Shown: positions 40,495 to 50,959, counted from the first letter of the stretch. The stretch: DNA of 53,531 nt from Actinomycetota bacterium (GCA_947452755.1 CANGDT010000006.1:1-53531), one strand, 5' to 3'. The notes: a model not told the origin generated them from the sequence alone. A program made the numbers and translations.

Positions 40495-40992
40495 TTAAGG
40501 CAGCGCGCGCGTGAATTTCACGCGATCTTCACCGGGTCCGTCATAGTCAGGAATGTAGGCAACTCCGTCAGGATTATGCGCCGAACCGTGCGACTCGAAA
40601 CCTTGAGAGTGATGAAATTTAATTGACGTCGAATTTACTGGCGACGTCACGGCATGTACTTCTGTGCAGCCGAGAGCGGCCATCTGATCAAAGAATGTGC
40701 GGTAGAGAACTGCGCCAATGTTCATCTTGCGATGGTTCGGAGGCACACCTACGAAATGAATGTAGGCAACGTGAGGAAGGGTCGCTGAGCGAAAGCCTAC
40801 GAGAAACCCAGCCAGAGTGCCGTCGTCGGCAATTGCGGCGTGTGATGTGTTTCGGAAATGTGTGAAGAACAGGCGAGGAAGCATGTCAGCCATGTGGCGA
40901 CCGCCCCACCACTCATCGAGAACCGCAATGATGGGTTCGTAATCAGACTCGGTAAGTTCGCGAACAGTGAACTGAAAACCGTTATTACTCAT
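40495..40992 (-). CDS. GNAT family acetyltransferase
   Basis: WWGGR, YIHFVGV, VTSPVNSTSIKFH, DYDGPGEDRVKF. Confidence 0.88.
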   Translation of the reverse strand: MSNNGFQFTVRELTESDYEPIIAVLDEWWGGRHMADMLPRLFFTHFRNTSHAAIADDGTLAGFLVGFRSATLPHVAYIHFVGVPPNHRKMNIGAVLYRTFFDQMAALGCTEVHAVTSPVNSTSIKFHHSQGFESHGSAHNPDGVAYIPDYDGPGEDRVKFTRALP

Positions 40993-41054
40993 AGTTCTAG
41001 GCTAGCAATCGCGGTGCGGTATCCCGTAAGCAACTCATGGGCAAGAATAGAGCT

Positions 41055-42023
41055 GTGACCGCAATCCCAACAATGGATGACACCAGCATTGACTCGCCTG
41101 TGGCGTGGCACTTTGGTGATCCGTTACGCGAGCAACGCGAACTCGTTGCCGGCAATGGCCGTGTTGATTTGTCACATTATGGTGTTGTCACCGTGTCAGG
41201 TCCTGATCGTCACAGTTGGATGAATTCGCTAACCACACAGGATTTCTTGAGTCCATTTACGAGCCTTCAAGCACTGATTCTGTCACCGCATGGTCACGTG
41301 GAGCATGACCTACATGTTATTGACGATGGAAATGTCACGTGGTTAATTGTCGAACCGGGTACCTCGCAGGCATTAGCTGAGTACCTAGTGAAAATGCGTT
41401 TCATGTTGCAGGTAGAGATTGAAGATGTGTCGGCTGATTTTGCAGTTGTTGGTGCACCTGGTCACTTGGTGGGCGAACGTGTGTGGCACAGTCCTGATGC
41501 GTATCTTTCGACATTCGATTCTGATGTGTATGTGTCGAAGCGCCCCGAATCGTGGGTAGTGAGTGAACTTGTAGTGCCGCGCACAGAGTTACTTGCTACC
41601 TTGGCGCAGTCCAGTTCGGTCGGAACGTGGGCATGGGAAGCGCATCGCATCCGTGCGGGTGTTCCACGATTGAATTTCGAAACTGATCACAAAACCATTC
41701 CACACGAAGTGGGACTAATTTCTGCTGCCGTGCATTTAAACAAAGGTTGCTACCGCGGACAAGAAACAATTGCTCGCGTTTACAACTTGGGCAAACCGCC
41801 ACGTCGACTTGTGCGCCTAGAAATTGACGGTTCAACTAACGAATTGCCAGTAATCGGTATGCCCGTCATGTTGGATGAAAAAGAAATTGGTCGGTTGACC
41901 AGCATCACTCAGGATTATGAATCGGGTCCGCTCGGACTTGCAGTCATCAAGCGTTCAATCCCAGTCGACGCAGTGCTCACTGTTGGCGGAGTAGCGGCCG
42001 GACAAACACCAATCGTGCTTTAG
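41055..42023 (+). CDS. ygfZ: Folate-binding protein YgfZ/GcvT-like
   Basis: KGCYRGQE motif, VAWHFGDPLREQR, LSPHGHVEH. Confidence 0.9.
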   Translation: MTAIPTMDDTSIDSPVAWHFGDPLREQRELVAGNGRVDLSHYGVVTVSGPDRHSWMNSLTTQDFLSPFTSLQALILSPHGHVEHDLHVIDDGNVTWLIVEPGTSQALAEYLVKMRFMLQVEIEDVSADFAVVGAPGHLVGERVWHSPDAYLSTFDSDVYVSKRPESWVVSELVVPRTELLATLAQSSSVGTWAWEAHRIRAGVPRLNFETDHKTIPHEVGLISAAVHLNKGCYRGQETIARVYNLGKPPRRLVRLEIDGSTNELPVIGMPVMLDEKEIGRLTSITQDYESGPLGLAVIKRSIPVDAVLTVGGVAAGQTPIVL

Positions 42024-42490
42024 ACCTCGACAGTGACGGTCATTGGGCCGTCGCATACCTGAGTGATACGCATGTCAGCGCCAAACTTTCCAGTCTCAAC
42101 TACAGCCCCAAGGTCACGAAGTGCACGAGCAACACCATTCACTAACGGCTCTGCTTGAGGTCCTCGAGCAGCTTGCTGCCACGTAGGTCGGCGGCCTTTG
42201 GAAGTATCGGCAAACAGTGTGAACTGACTAATCAACAAAATTGGTAAGCGCGCATCAACGGCAGCCACTTCGACTGACTCTGAATTCACCTTGAGACCCC
42301 GTGCACGAAGTGCTTCTGCCTCAAAAATTCGAAGACGCCAAATTTTGTCAGCCAACGGTGCGCACTTTGACTCATCATCATCCACACTGACGCCGACAAG
42401 CACCATCAAACCTGGACCTTCGAAGCTGCCGATAACTTTCCCTTCGACCTCAACACTGGCCCCATCAACTCGCTGAATCACTGCACGCAT
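42020..42490 (-). CDS. dtd: D-aminoacyl-tRNA deacylase
   Basis: MRAVIQRV, SQFTL, KGRRP, FGADM, DGPMT. Confidence 0.93.
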   Translation of the reverse strand: MRAVIQRVDGASVEVEGKVIGSFEGPGLMVLVGVSVDDDESKCAPLADKIWRLRIFEAEALRARGLKVNSESVEVAAVDARLPILLISQFTLFADTSKGRRPTWQQAARGPQAEPLVNGVARALRDLGAVVETGKFGADMRITQVCDGPMTVTVEV

Positions 42491-42561
42491 GTTCCTATTG
42501 TTCATCATCCGTTAGGCAACGCGCATGTGACACCACGGTTCCACCGTGGGACGATAGTCCC

Positions 42562-43512
42562 ATGTCAGTTCCAGTCGCCAATGTTGTTCGCAGTGGTTTT
42601 GTTGAGGGTATTCACTACGGCAGCGCAGTGGTAACAGATGTCGATGGTTCCGTACTGTGGTCCATCGGTGATGTGGAATCTCAAATGTTTCCGCGATCAT
42701 CAAATAAATTGATGCAAGGTCTGGCCATGGTGCGAGCAGGTCTGCCATTGAAAGATGAGTTGCTGGCGCTTGCTTGTGCATCGCACAGTGGTGAATCGTT
42801 TCACTTGGAGGGTGTACGCGCAATCCTGAACGCCGCAAACATGGACGTTGACAGACTGCAATGTCCGATGGATTACCCACTTGATGATGTTGAGCGAGAC
42901 ACCGCATTGGCCGCCGGCATCGATAAACAGCGCATTTTTATGAACTGCAGCGGAAAGCATTCAGCGATGCTTTTTACGTGCGTTCTCAATGGGTGGGACA
43001 CCGCGACCTACCTCGACGAAAGCCATCCGCTTCAGGTTGCGATCAGAAATGTCATCGAAGAAACAACCGGTGAACAAGTTGAGCATGTGGGAACTGACGG
43101 CTGTGGTGCACCACTGATGTCGACTTCGTTGATTGGACTTGCTCGCGTGTTTGGCACATTCGCCGGCCCACATGCAGATGCTGAACAAAAAACCATTGCG
43201 GATGCCATCCGTTCAAACCCTGAATACTTAGGCGGCACCCGTCGCGATGTCACCTCATTAATGAAGGGCGTTTCCGGTTTGTTGGCGAAAGATGGTGCTG
43301 AAGGCGTTTACGGAATCGGCCTTAGCGATGGGCGAGCATTAGCGCTCAAAATTGATGACGGTGCGGATCGTGCGCGCATCGTGGTGGCCGCAGAAATCTT
43401 GAACAAAGTTTTGCGAATTGATGCGCCAGCAATTCATGAACTATTAGATGGACAAATTTTGCTCGGCGCTGGTCAACCTGTTGGAAAGATTGTGCCAGCG
43501 TTCGTTCGGTAA
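42562..43512 (+). CDS. L-asparaginase, Rhizobium etli AnsA type
   Basis: RSSNK, ASHSGE, NCSGKH, DGCGAP, AKDGAEG, KIDDG. Confidence 0.9.
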   Translation: MSVPVANVVRSGFVEGIHYGSAVVTDVDGSVLWSIGDVESQMFPRSSNKLMQGLAMVRAGLPLKDELLALACASHSGESFHLEGVRAILNAANMDVDRLQCPMDYPLDDVERDTALAAGIDKQRIFMNCSGKHSAMLFTCVLNGWDTATYLDESHPLQVAIRNVIEETTGEQVEHVGTDGCGAPLMSTSLIGLARVFGTFAGPHADAEQKTIADAIRSNPEYLGGTRRDVTSLMKGVSGLLAKDGAEGVYGIGLSDGRALALKIDDGADRARIVVAAEILNKVLRIDAPAIHELLDGQILLGAGQPVGKIVPAFVR

Positions 43513-43520
43513 CTGAAAAG

Positions 43521-44726
43521 TTACGCGTCACCCATTAGTTCTTTACGCAACTTCATCAACGTTGACGTTAAACCAATTCCCACAACACCAACGAGTTTGC
43601 CCCCGCGGTAGTAACCCATTACGAGTTCGCCGCCAATTGAACCCTCGATGATTGCAATTTCGTCAGCAAGGGCCGGCATGCCGAAACCTTGAATCTTGAG
43701 GTCGTACTGATCTGACCAGAACGACGGCATCGGCGTGAACGGCTGTGCAACCAGTTCGTCATAGCCTTCACCACTGAGGTAAGCATTGAGAACTGGCCCA
43801 ACTCGCTTGCCAGTTTCAGTAGGAATGTTCCAATGTTCAATTCGACGTGCAACGTCATCAAAAAGTGGATTGGCGAATCGAGCCAAGTCGCCAACAACAT
43901 GAACGCCATCAACAGAGTTACCGTCAACGGTGACCGCGCGCAAAGCCCGGTCTGCCAACACGCCATTACTCAAATCAAGGTTTGTGTTGTTCAGCCATTC
44001 GGTATTGCAATGTGAGCTGATTGCCTCAACTAATACGTCAGCTGGGAGCAGTTCGCCGTCATCAAGCAAAACGCCTGTGAGTGCGCCGTCACCTTCAAGG
44101 TCGGCAATGCCACGACGCAGGCGGAACTGCACGCCATGAGTTTCGTGCCGAGCCTGAAGATCGGCTGCAAAAGTAGGTCCCAGTGGCCGAACCATTGGAT
44201 ATTCATCAATGGCAACGGCCGTGACTTCGCAACCTAACCCGCGTGCAGTCGCCGCTACTTCGCATCCGATAAATCCAGCACCGGCAACGACAACTCGAGC
44301 ACCTGGAACAAGAGCTGCACGCAAGCCAATTGCATCATCCAAACTGCGCACGGTGTGCCGACCTGTGACGTTTCCGTTTGGCACATCCAGTCGACGCGGT
44401 CGTAAACCTGAAGCAATCACAAGTCCGTCGTAGCTAAACGTTTCACCATCATCAGTGGTTACTGTTTTGGCATCAAGATTGGCATCAACAACCGGTGAAC
44501 CAAACTTCCACACAACATCCGCAGTTTGTTGACGCTGTTTAAACGCCACGGCTTCGTGTGTCACTTCTTTCGCCAACACTTCTTTTGACAACGGAGGACG
44601 GTTATAAGGAGCGTGTGATTCATCGCCGATAACAGCGATGTTGTCGGTAAAGCCAGCATTGCGCAGGGCTTCAGCGGTACGCAGCCCACCCATGGATGCG
44701 CCGACAATGACTACTGACTTGGACAT
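43521..44726 (-). CDS. NAD(P)/FAD-dependent ferredoxin reductase
   Basis: GASMGG, YNRPPLSK, GAGFIGCE, RIEHW, FWSDQYD. Confidence 0.92.
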   Translation of the reverse strand: MSKSVVIVGASMGGLRTAEALRNAGFTDNIAVIGDESHAPYNRPPLSKEVLAKEVTHEAVAFKQRQQTADVVWKFGSPVVDANLDAKTVTTDDGETFSYDGLVIASGLRPRRLDVPNGNVTGRHTVRSLDDAIGLRAALVPGARVVVAGAGFIGCEVAATARGLGCEVTAVAIDEYPMVRPLGPTFAADLQARHETHGVQFRLRRGIADLEGDGALTGVLLDDGELLPADVLVEAISSHCNTEWLNNTNLDLSNGVLADRALRAVTVDGNSVDGVHVVGDLARFANPLFDDVARRIEHWNIPTETGKRVGPVLNAYLSGEGYDELVAQPFTPMPSFWSDQYDLKIQGFGMPALADEIAIIEGSIGGELVMGYYRGGKLVGVVGIGLTSTLMKLRKELMGDA

Positions 44727-44762
44727 GCGAACTCCCTAAACGACGGATGACTGCTGGGGAAA

Positions 44763-44954
44763 TTAATCTTGCAGGACGATAGCTTGCATTGGGCACACGT
44801 CAATTGCACTTTCGATATCAGTGCGACGGCTGTCATCGGCAGTGGCAACGTATTCCAACTTGTCGTCATCGTTGAGCTTGAAGATGTCTGGCGCTTCAAA
44901 AACACACTGACCGTAATGCTGGCACTTTTCCATATCGACGTAGATTTTGAGCAT
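44763..44954 (-). CDS. Small 3Fe-4S-type ferredoxin (P450 partner)
   Basis: CQHYGQC...APDIF...CPMQAI. Confidence 0.9.
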   Translation of the reverse strand: MLKIYVDMEKCQHYGQCVFEAPDIFKLNDDDKLEYVATADDSRRTDIESAIDVCPMQAIVLQD

Positions 44955-45832
44955 TAGTTCTTCTCCTCAACAGTTGATGGGTACAGGTCTTTCGATGGTG
45001 TGCGAATTCCGCGGAACTCCCAGTCGCCACCCATTGCGGTGGATACAACTTCTTCGCTTTCGGTCGGCTGTGCGCCAACGTCTGTGCGGATTGCCGTAGG
45101 TCCAGTGACGATTGTGTTTGTTAACTTGCCGAGTCCTTCGACTTCAACTTCAACAACGTCGCCTGGTTGAACTGGTCGTGAGTTTGCTGGTGTTCCACTG
45201 AACAAAATGTCGCCAGGAACCAATGTGATGGTGCGCGCAATATCGGCGACCAAGTAATTCATGTCCCACTCCATGTTGCTGGTGTTGTCGTCTTGTTTCA
45301 CTTCACCATTAACGAGTGTGCGAATTTGTTTGCCACGGAAATCCCAGTCTGTGATCAGGCCCGGGCCGACAGGTGCGAGTGTGTCGCTGCCTTTGACGCG
45401 CAACATTGATCCTGCATCGGTATCGCGGAAATCGTGTAGACCGTAATCATTTCCGATTGTGTAGCCCGCGATGTAGTCGCCAGCTTCATCTGGGCTGATG
45501 TTGCGACAGATGCGACCGATAACGATGACAATCTCACCTTCGTAGTTCAGCCACTTGCATCCCTGTGGGCGCACGATGTTTCCGTTGTGGCTGTTCAGTG
45601 CTGTGATTGGCTTGTGAAAGTACGTTGGCGCAGCAGGAAGTTTTGTCATGAACTCCTTGGTGCGGCTGTCGTAGTTCAAATGCACAGCAATGATTTTGGT
45701 TGGCTCTGAAGGAGGCAAGTGAATCGCATCTGCGATTGCAACTTCACGACCATCAGGAGCCACCAAGGTGTCACCGTGACGAATTGTCTGGACGGCATAA
45801 CCATCCAACAGAATGCGGCGATACTCAGCCAC
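44954..45832 (-). CDS. Fumarylacetoacetate hydrolase family protein (HpaG-like)
   Basis: KIIAVHLNY, NYEGE, GND, RVKGSDT, TLVPGDILFSGTP; GTG start with GGAGGT RBS. Confidence 0.9.
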   Translation of the reverse strand: MAEYRRILLDGYAVQTIRHGDTLVAPDGREVAIADAIHLPPSEPTKIIAVHLNYDSRTKEFMTKLPAAPTYFHKPITALNSHNGNIVRPQGCKWLNYEGEIVIVIGRICRNISPDEAGDYIAGYTIGNDYGLHDFRDTDAGSMLRVKGSDTLAPVGPGLITDWDFRGKQIRTLVNGEVKQDDNTSNMEWDMNYLVADIARTITLVPGDILFSGTPANSRPVQPGDVVEVEVEGLGKLTNTIVTGPTAIRTDVGAQPTESEEVVSTAMGGDWEFRGIRTPSKDLYPSTVEEKN

Positions 45833-46733
45833 GCGATACCTCCGGGTGTTTGACGGCTGGGAAGCCGCCTTCTGGGGCATCGAACCATAGGTGAACTTGG
45901 CCCGTGCCGATTGAGTTTTCGTAGTCGCCGTATTGACGACCCTTTGCAGTGTTGTCACCTTCGCCAGTTGCGCCGTGCATCATCATGGCGTGACCGTATC
46001 GAGCTTCTGGCTTGAACTTATGGAAAGCCGGCATGGTGTCCAAGACTTTGGCGTGATCACCGTTCTTGTACCACTCGATGCGCTCTTCGTCTGCTGCGCG
46101 AGCTTCAGGAGTAAAGATGCTCGTGAGGTCTGCGGATTCGTGTTTGCGCAATTCGCGAAGTGGCCAGAACGTGTGTGACAGCGCACCTGAGGCAATCAAC
46201 AGAACTTTGCGGTCCGAGTTTGCAACTGCTTCGCCAACAGCACGACCTAAACGTAAGTTGTCTTCGTCATCACCTGTTTGGCACATGCCAATGCTGATCC
46301 AGTTCTTGTCTAGGCCCTTGCCAAGGAATGACCATAAATTCAATGTTGCGTAGAACGTTGGCAAGTGTGGATTGTCGATTGGCGTGATCCAGGTGCCGTG
46401 CTTTTCCCCAAGGTCAGCAATTTGCTTAGCTAGTTCGGGATCACCTTTCCAGTCGTACGGCACCGACGACATGCCGCGAGGTAGTTCTTCACTGGTGTAG
46501 AAACCAGTGCGGTGATCGTGTGAGGTGACGACGTATTCAACAGTGGTTGCCCAATGTGAATCGAAGACGATGACTGTGTCGTAGTCAGCGGTTTCAAAAA
46601 CGTCTTTGCGCAACTGTGTGAGCGCAGGACCGAGTGTGAAATCTTTGCCGTTGTTTAATTCACGACGAATATCTTCCGGCAACATGATTGTCGGTACGTG
46701 AGCAAGGATTCCTGCTCCAACAATTTCTCCCAT
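45825..46733 (-). CDS. LigB-type extradiol dioxygenase (HpaD-like)
   Basis: AHVPT, FDSHW, GDPELA, ASGALSH, YENSIGTGQ. Confidence 0.85.
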   Translation of the reverse strand: MGEIVGAGILAHVPTIMLPEDIRRELNNGKDFTLGPALTQLRKDVFETADYDTVIVFDSHWATTVEYVVTSHDHRTGFYTSEELPRGMSSVPYDWKGDPELAKQIADLGEKHGTWITPIDNPHLPTFYATLNLWSFLGKGLDKNWISIGMCQTGDDEDNLRLGRAVGEAVANSDRKVLLIASGALSHTFWPLRELRKHESADLTSIFTPEARAADEERIEWYKNGDHAKVLDTMPAFHKFKPEARYGHAMMMHGATGEGDNTAKGRQYGDYENSIGTGQVHLWFDAPEGGFPAVKHPEVSRG

Positions 46734-46735
46734 GA

Positions 46736-48199
46736 TTATTCCTTCCATCCATTCGGCGCAAAGACGGTGTTCTTTACGTCGGCGTAAAAATCAAATGACC
46801 AGATGCCACCTTCGCGACCAATTCCGGATTTCTTCGAGCCACCAAATGGTGCACCGAGATCGCGGACGAAGAAGCAGTTCACCCAGACTGTGCCGGCAAC
46901 GAGATGTTCGGTGATTGCTTCGGCGCGAGCCTTGTCGCCGCAAATCAACACTGCAGCCAAGCCGAATTCGGTGTCGTTTGCCATCTGGATTGCTTGCTCG
47001 TCAGTATCGAATTGCTGCATAACCAAAACGGGTCCGAATACTTCCTGGGTCGCAATTTCGCTACCAGGCGTGGGGTTATCGATCAGCGTGGGCTTGAAGA
47101 AATTGCCACCAAGGTCAGCGTTGGGGCCGCCGCCCATCACAATGTTTTGCCCTTCACTAGCAGCGCGGTCAACGAATCCTTTGACGCGAGCGAAATGATC
47201 AGGATGCACCTGTGGCCCAATGTCAGTTTCTAGGTCGCGCGGATCACCTTGCTTGATCTGTTGTGCCTTTTCGATGAATGCAGCCTTGAAAGCATCGGCG
47301 ATTCCACGTTGTACAAGTATGCGCGTGCCCGACAAGCACACTTGGCCGGCATTGTCGTATTGCTCGACGGCAACTGTGACGGCGATGTCCAGGTCGGCAT
47401 CGTCGGTGATGATGAGCGGGCTTTTGCCACCAAGTTCAAATGAACATGGAACCAAGTTGTCAGCCGCAGCCCTAGCCACCAACTTTGCAGTCGGAACTGA
47501 GCCAGTAAATGAAATACGCGACAGGTCAGGATGTGACGTGAGTGCAGCACCTGCTTCTTCGCCGTAACCTTGCACAACGTTGAACACACCGGGTGGCATT
47601 CCAGCTTCGACTGTGATGTCGGCCAAGAGTGATGCAGTCAGCGGCGTCCACTCGGGTGGTTTTGCAACGACTGTGTCACCAGCTGCAAGGGCAGGGCCGA
47701 TTCGCCAAGTTGCCAACATCAATGGCGCATTCCACGGGGTGATGACACCGACCACACCGGTTGGATCCCACGTGACGTGATTGCGATGTCCGCGCGTATC
47801 AAAATCTGGATAGGACAGTTGATTCATCGCATAGTCGGCAAAGAAACGGAAGTTCATTGCAACACGCGGCATCACACCACGACGGTGTGATCGCAATAGT
47901 GAACCGTTGTCAGTTGTTTCCACAATGGAAAGTTCTTCGATGCGCTCTTCTACAAGGTCAGCAACGCGATGCAAAATTACGCCGCGTTCTTGTGGTGTCA
48001 TTTTGGACCAGATTGGGAACGCAGCTTTTGCCGCAGCCATGGCCATGTCGACTTCACGTTTGCCACCACGATGAATGTCGGCAAGGAATGCTCCGTCGAT
48101 TGGGGAGTGATCTGGGAAGGTTTCGGCGGATTCGACACGTTCTCCACCAATGAAATGGCGGGTGTCGACCTCAACGCCAGCAACAATTGCCTTGGTCAT
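46736..48199 (-). CDS. Aldehyde dehydrogenase (HpaE / 2-hydroxymuconate semialdehyde dehydrogenase-like)
   Basis: ITPWNAP, FTGS, ELGGKSP, GQVCL, EVFGP, WVNCFFVRDL, SGIGREGG. Confidence 0.9.
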   Translation of the reverse strand: MTKAIVAGVEVDTRHFIGGERVESAETFPDHSPIDGAFLADIHRGGKREVDMAMAAAKAAFPIWSKMTPQERGVILHRVADLVEERIEELSIVETTDNGSLLRSHRRGVMPRVAMNFRFFADYAMNQLSYPDFDTRGHRNHVTWDPTGVVGVITPWNAPLMLATWRIGPALAAGDTVVAKPPEWTPLTASLLADITVEAGMPPGVFNVVQGYGEEAGAALTSHPDLSRISFTGSVPTAKLVARAAADNLVPCSFELGGKSPLIITDDADLDIAVTVAVEQYDNAGQVCLSGTRILVQRGIADAFKAAFIEKAQQIKQGDPRDLETDIGPQVHPDHFARVKGFVDRAASEGQNIVMGGGPNADLGGNFFKPTLIDNPTPGSEIATQEVFGPVLVMQQFDTDEQAIQMANDTEFGLAAVLICGDKARAEAITEHLVAGTVWVNCFFVRDLGAPFGGSKKSGIGREGGIWSFDFYADVKNTVFAPNGWKE

Positions 48200-48213
48200 G
48201 TGTTCCCCTGAAT

Positions 48214-48233
48214 ATCGTTCGGATACTAACGAA
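48214..48233. promoter_or_regulatory. Putative MarR operator A
   Basis: ATCGTTCGGATACTAACGAA, imperfect palindrome 15 nt upstream of the aldehyde dehydrogenase start. Confidence 0.7.
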
Positions 48234-48297
48234 ATACGATACGTTACATACGGTAATTTGGGAACCAGATTTCCGATATTTCTTTAGGCAGGTATCC

Positions 48298-48978
48298 GTG
48301 ACTCAGCGCCCTCGAATCGCCCTTTTGGGTCGTTTTACCAACTCGGCCTCAGCCTTGCGCTACGCAGGCGTGGTCAGTTCCCGTGCGCTGCTTGAAGGTC
48401 TGTGGAATGCCGGAGCCGATCCGGTGACGTTGCTACCCGCTTTGGATAGCAACTGGGCGGAACGGCTTCTGGGTTTTGATGGAGTTTTATTGGCCGGAGG
48501 TGGGGACATCAATCCAGCTCGTTACGGTCAGGAACCTGACGAATCGGTTTATGACGTCGATGACCTCCAGGACCAGGCTGATTTCGAGTTGACGGAATAC
48601 GTTCTCGGACAAGGCATCCCGACGTTAGCGGTGTGCCGAGGTATGCACGTGGTCAATGTTGTGCGTGGAGGAACATTGATTCAAGATATGCCCGTCAACC
48701 ATCGCAACCATGTGCATCAGGTGAAAGTCACGAATCACGAGGCTTTCGGTTTCAGTGATGAAGTCATTACCGCGTCGTGTTATCACCACCAGGCAATTGA
48801 TCAATTGGGGTCAGGTCTGACGATCGAGGGTCGTGCGGAAGATGGCACGGTTGAAGCGATGTCGATTGCGGCCAATGGTTGGGCATATGGGGTTCAGTTT
48901 CATCCTGAAGACACGGCAGCTAGTGATGTAAACCAAAGTGGCCTGCTTGCGGAACTTGTGAAGCAAGCAAGTAAATAA
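48298..48978 (+). CDS. Gamma-glutamyl-amide hydrolase (PuuD / peptidase C26-like)
   Basis: LAGGGDINP, AVCRGM, GGTLIQD, HHQA, VQFHPE. Confidence 0.9.
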   Translation: MTQRPRIALLGRFTNSASALRYAGVVSSRALLEGLWNAGADPVTLLPALDSNWAERLLGFDGVLLAGGGDINPARYGQEPDESVYDVDDLQDQADFELTEYVLGQGIPTLAVCRGMHVVNVVRGGTLIQDMPVNHRNHVHQVKVTNHEAFGFSDEVITASCYHHQAIDQLGSGLTIEGRAEDGTVEAMSIAANGWAYGVQFHPEDTAASDVNQSGLLAELVKQASK

Positions 48979-49016
48979 CGGTTGCGGAACTTGTGAAGCA
49001 AGCAGGTAGTTAACGT
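48947..49016. repeat. 35-bp tandem duplication of the gene 3' end
   Basis: TTGCGGAACTTGTGAAGCAAGCAAGTAAATAACGG then TTGCGGAACTTGTGAAGCAAGCAGGTAGTTAACGT (31/35 identical). Confidence 0.92.
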
Positions 49017-49517
49017 TTAGCGGTCCGCTTCGACTGTTTTGGTCACAGCGCGCAGCATTTCTGCGAGCGGGCCAAGGTCTTTCCGGTCAAGGTCGGCGAT
49101 GGCGAGGCGTTCGCCTTTATTGAATTCGGGGAACAGGGTGTGCATCATTTTGCGTCCCTTTGCGGTGAGGCGAACCAGTACGAGTCGACCGTCTTCGGTG
49201 CTGCGCTTGCGGGTTACTAGACCGCGGCCTTCGAGTGTTTGTAGGACTCCGGTGAGTGTGGCTTTTGAGAATCCGCCTTCTTCGGCGATTGTGCGGGTTT
49301 CGACGGGTTCCCAGATCCAGACGACCCATAGCACTACAAAAGCGGTCCAGGACAAATCATTTTCGGCTAGAACTGTTCGTTCAAGGTAGTTGCGCACTGC
49401 GTTGGCGGCCCGGAACAGGTTTGAGGTGACTGCCATTGCTTCGAAGTCGATTTTGAGGTCACCGAGACGCTCCTGAACTTGGCGTTCAGTTTCATCGAGC
49501 GTGTGTTGACCAGCCAT
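49017..49517 (-). CDS. MarR family transcriptional regulator
   Basis: LSWTAFVVL, SKATLTGVLQTLEGRGLVTR...DGRLVLVRLTAKG. Confidence 0.92.
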   Translation of the reverse strand: MAGQHTLDETERQVQERLGDLKIDFEAMAVTSNLFRAANAVRNYLERTVLAENDLSWTAFVVLWVVWIWEPVETRTIAEEGGFSKATLTGVLQTLEGRGLVTRKRSTEDGRLVLVRLTAKGRKMMHTLFPEFNKGERLAIADLDRKDLGPLAEMLRAVTKTVEADR

Positions 49518-49604
49518 TTGAACCTCAATCTTCGGGTATTTCAAATAATCCTAGTCCGCTTGGCGAAAATGCCCCCAAGAAAATTGGAAATGAGGTAACT
49601 TCTT

Positions 49605-49624
49605 ATTGTTCGTATCCGAACGAT
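49605..49624. promoter_or_regulatory. Putative MarR operator B
   Basis: ATTGTTCGTATCCGAACGAT; reverse complement matches site A at 17/20. Confidence 0.7.
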
Positions 49625-49653
49625 TATTCGATCGTCACGTGTGAGGTAGGGCA

Positions 49654-50904
49654 ATGTCAACGACGACAAACATCAGCTTGGCTGACATGAGTATTTTTGA
49701 GCGCGAAATCCCCTGGGGAGTTTTCGATGAACTGCGCACCAATGCTCCCGTGCACTGGAGTGACGAACCGACTCCAAATAAGGGATTCTGGTCACTCACC
49801 GGATACAGCGATATCGTTTCGGTCCTTCGTGACACCGACACCTACTCGAGCGAACGCGGCGCAGTCACGTTGGAAGAGCTTGAGCCCGATGAACTCGAAG
49901 CACGTAAGTCCATGATCGACACTGACGGTTTGCGTCACCGCGCATTGCGCAAACTGATGCAAGACTCGTTCACGCCGCGCGCAGTTGCTGGGTATGAAAC
50001 ATTCCTTCGCGGGTTGACTGCATCAACGTTGGACACGGCCTTTGCATTAGGCAAGTTTGATTTCGTTAAGGAAGTTGCTGCCGACTTCCCAATTCGCGTG
50101 TTGGCAAAGTTGCTTGACGTTCCAGATTCTGACATCGGTCAATTGATCGAGTGGGGTAACCGCATGGTTGGCAACACTGATCCAGAACATGCCGACGTGT
50201 TGTTGGATTCACCAGAATCCGAGAAGTACCGCTTGCTTCCATTCCGTTCACCCGCAGCACTTGAGTTGTGGGCCTACGGCGACGAGCTTGCCCGTCAACG
50301 TAAGGGCGGAAGCGGCAAAGACATCGTGTCAACAATGATCAACCAGACACCGATTGATGGCGTCCCGTTGTCCGAACGTGATTTCCATGCCTACTTCCTG
50401 CTTCTAGTTGTGGCCGGAAACGAAACAACACGTCACACCATCAGCCACAGCATGAATTACTTGATCGACAATCCTGACCAGATGGCGTTGTTGCAAGAAA
50501 AGCCTGAATTGATTGATTGGGCTGTCGAAGAAATGCTGCGCATGGCTAGCCCGGTGTATCACTTCCGTCGTACTGCGATGAAGGACACTGAAATTCGCGG
50601 ACAGAAAATCAAGGAAGGCGACAAGGTCGTCACGTGGTTTGCTGCGGGAAATCGTGATCCTGAAATTTTCAAGGATCCTTACAAGATGGACGTCACCCGT
50701 AGCCCGAACGAACATATGACCTTTGGTCGCGGTGGACCGCATTTGTGCTTGGGCAACGCGCTTGCACGTTTGGAAATCAAGATCATGTTCCAAGAGCTCT
50801 TGCCACGCATTTCAGACATCAAACGCACTGGCGAAGTTGATCGCTTGCGTAGCAACATCATCAACGGCATTAAGCGTTTCCCAGTGGAAGTTACTCTGAA
50901 GTAA
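49654..50904 (+). CDS. Cytochrome P450
   Basis: AGNETT I-helix, EEMLR, FGRGGPHLCLG heme-binding motif. Confidence 0.96.
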   Translation: MSTTTNISLADMSIFEREIPWGVFDELRTNAPVHWSDEPTPNKGFWSLTGYSDIVSVLRDTDTYSSERGAVTLEELEPDELEARKSMIDTDGLRHRALRKLMQDSFTPRAVAGYETFLRGLTASTLDTAFALGKFDFVKEVAADFPIRVLAKLLDVPDSDIGQLIEWGNRMVGNTDPEHADVLLDSPESEKYRLLPFRSPAALELWAYGDELARQRKGGSGKDIVSTMINQTPIDGVPLSERDFHAYFLLLVVAGNETTRHTISHSMNYLIDNPDQMALLQEKPELIDWAVEEMLRMASPVYHFRRTAMKDTEIRGQKIKEGDKVVTWFAAGNRDPEIFKDPYKMDVTRSPNEHMTFGRGGPHLCLGNALARLEIKIMFQELLPRISDIKRTGEVDRLRSNIINGIKRFPVEVTLK

Positions 50905-50912
50905 TTGAGCGC

Positions 50913-50955
50913 ATAAAAAAGTGGCCCAGCGCAATGTGCTGTGCCACTTTTTTAT
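50913..50955. terminator. Bidirectional terminator
   Basis: ATAAAAAAGTGGCCCAGC...GCTGTGCCACTTTTTTAT between convergent genes. Confidence 0.85.
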
Positions 50956-50959
50956 TTCA

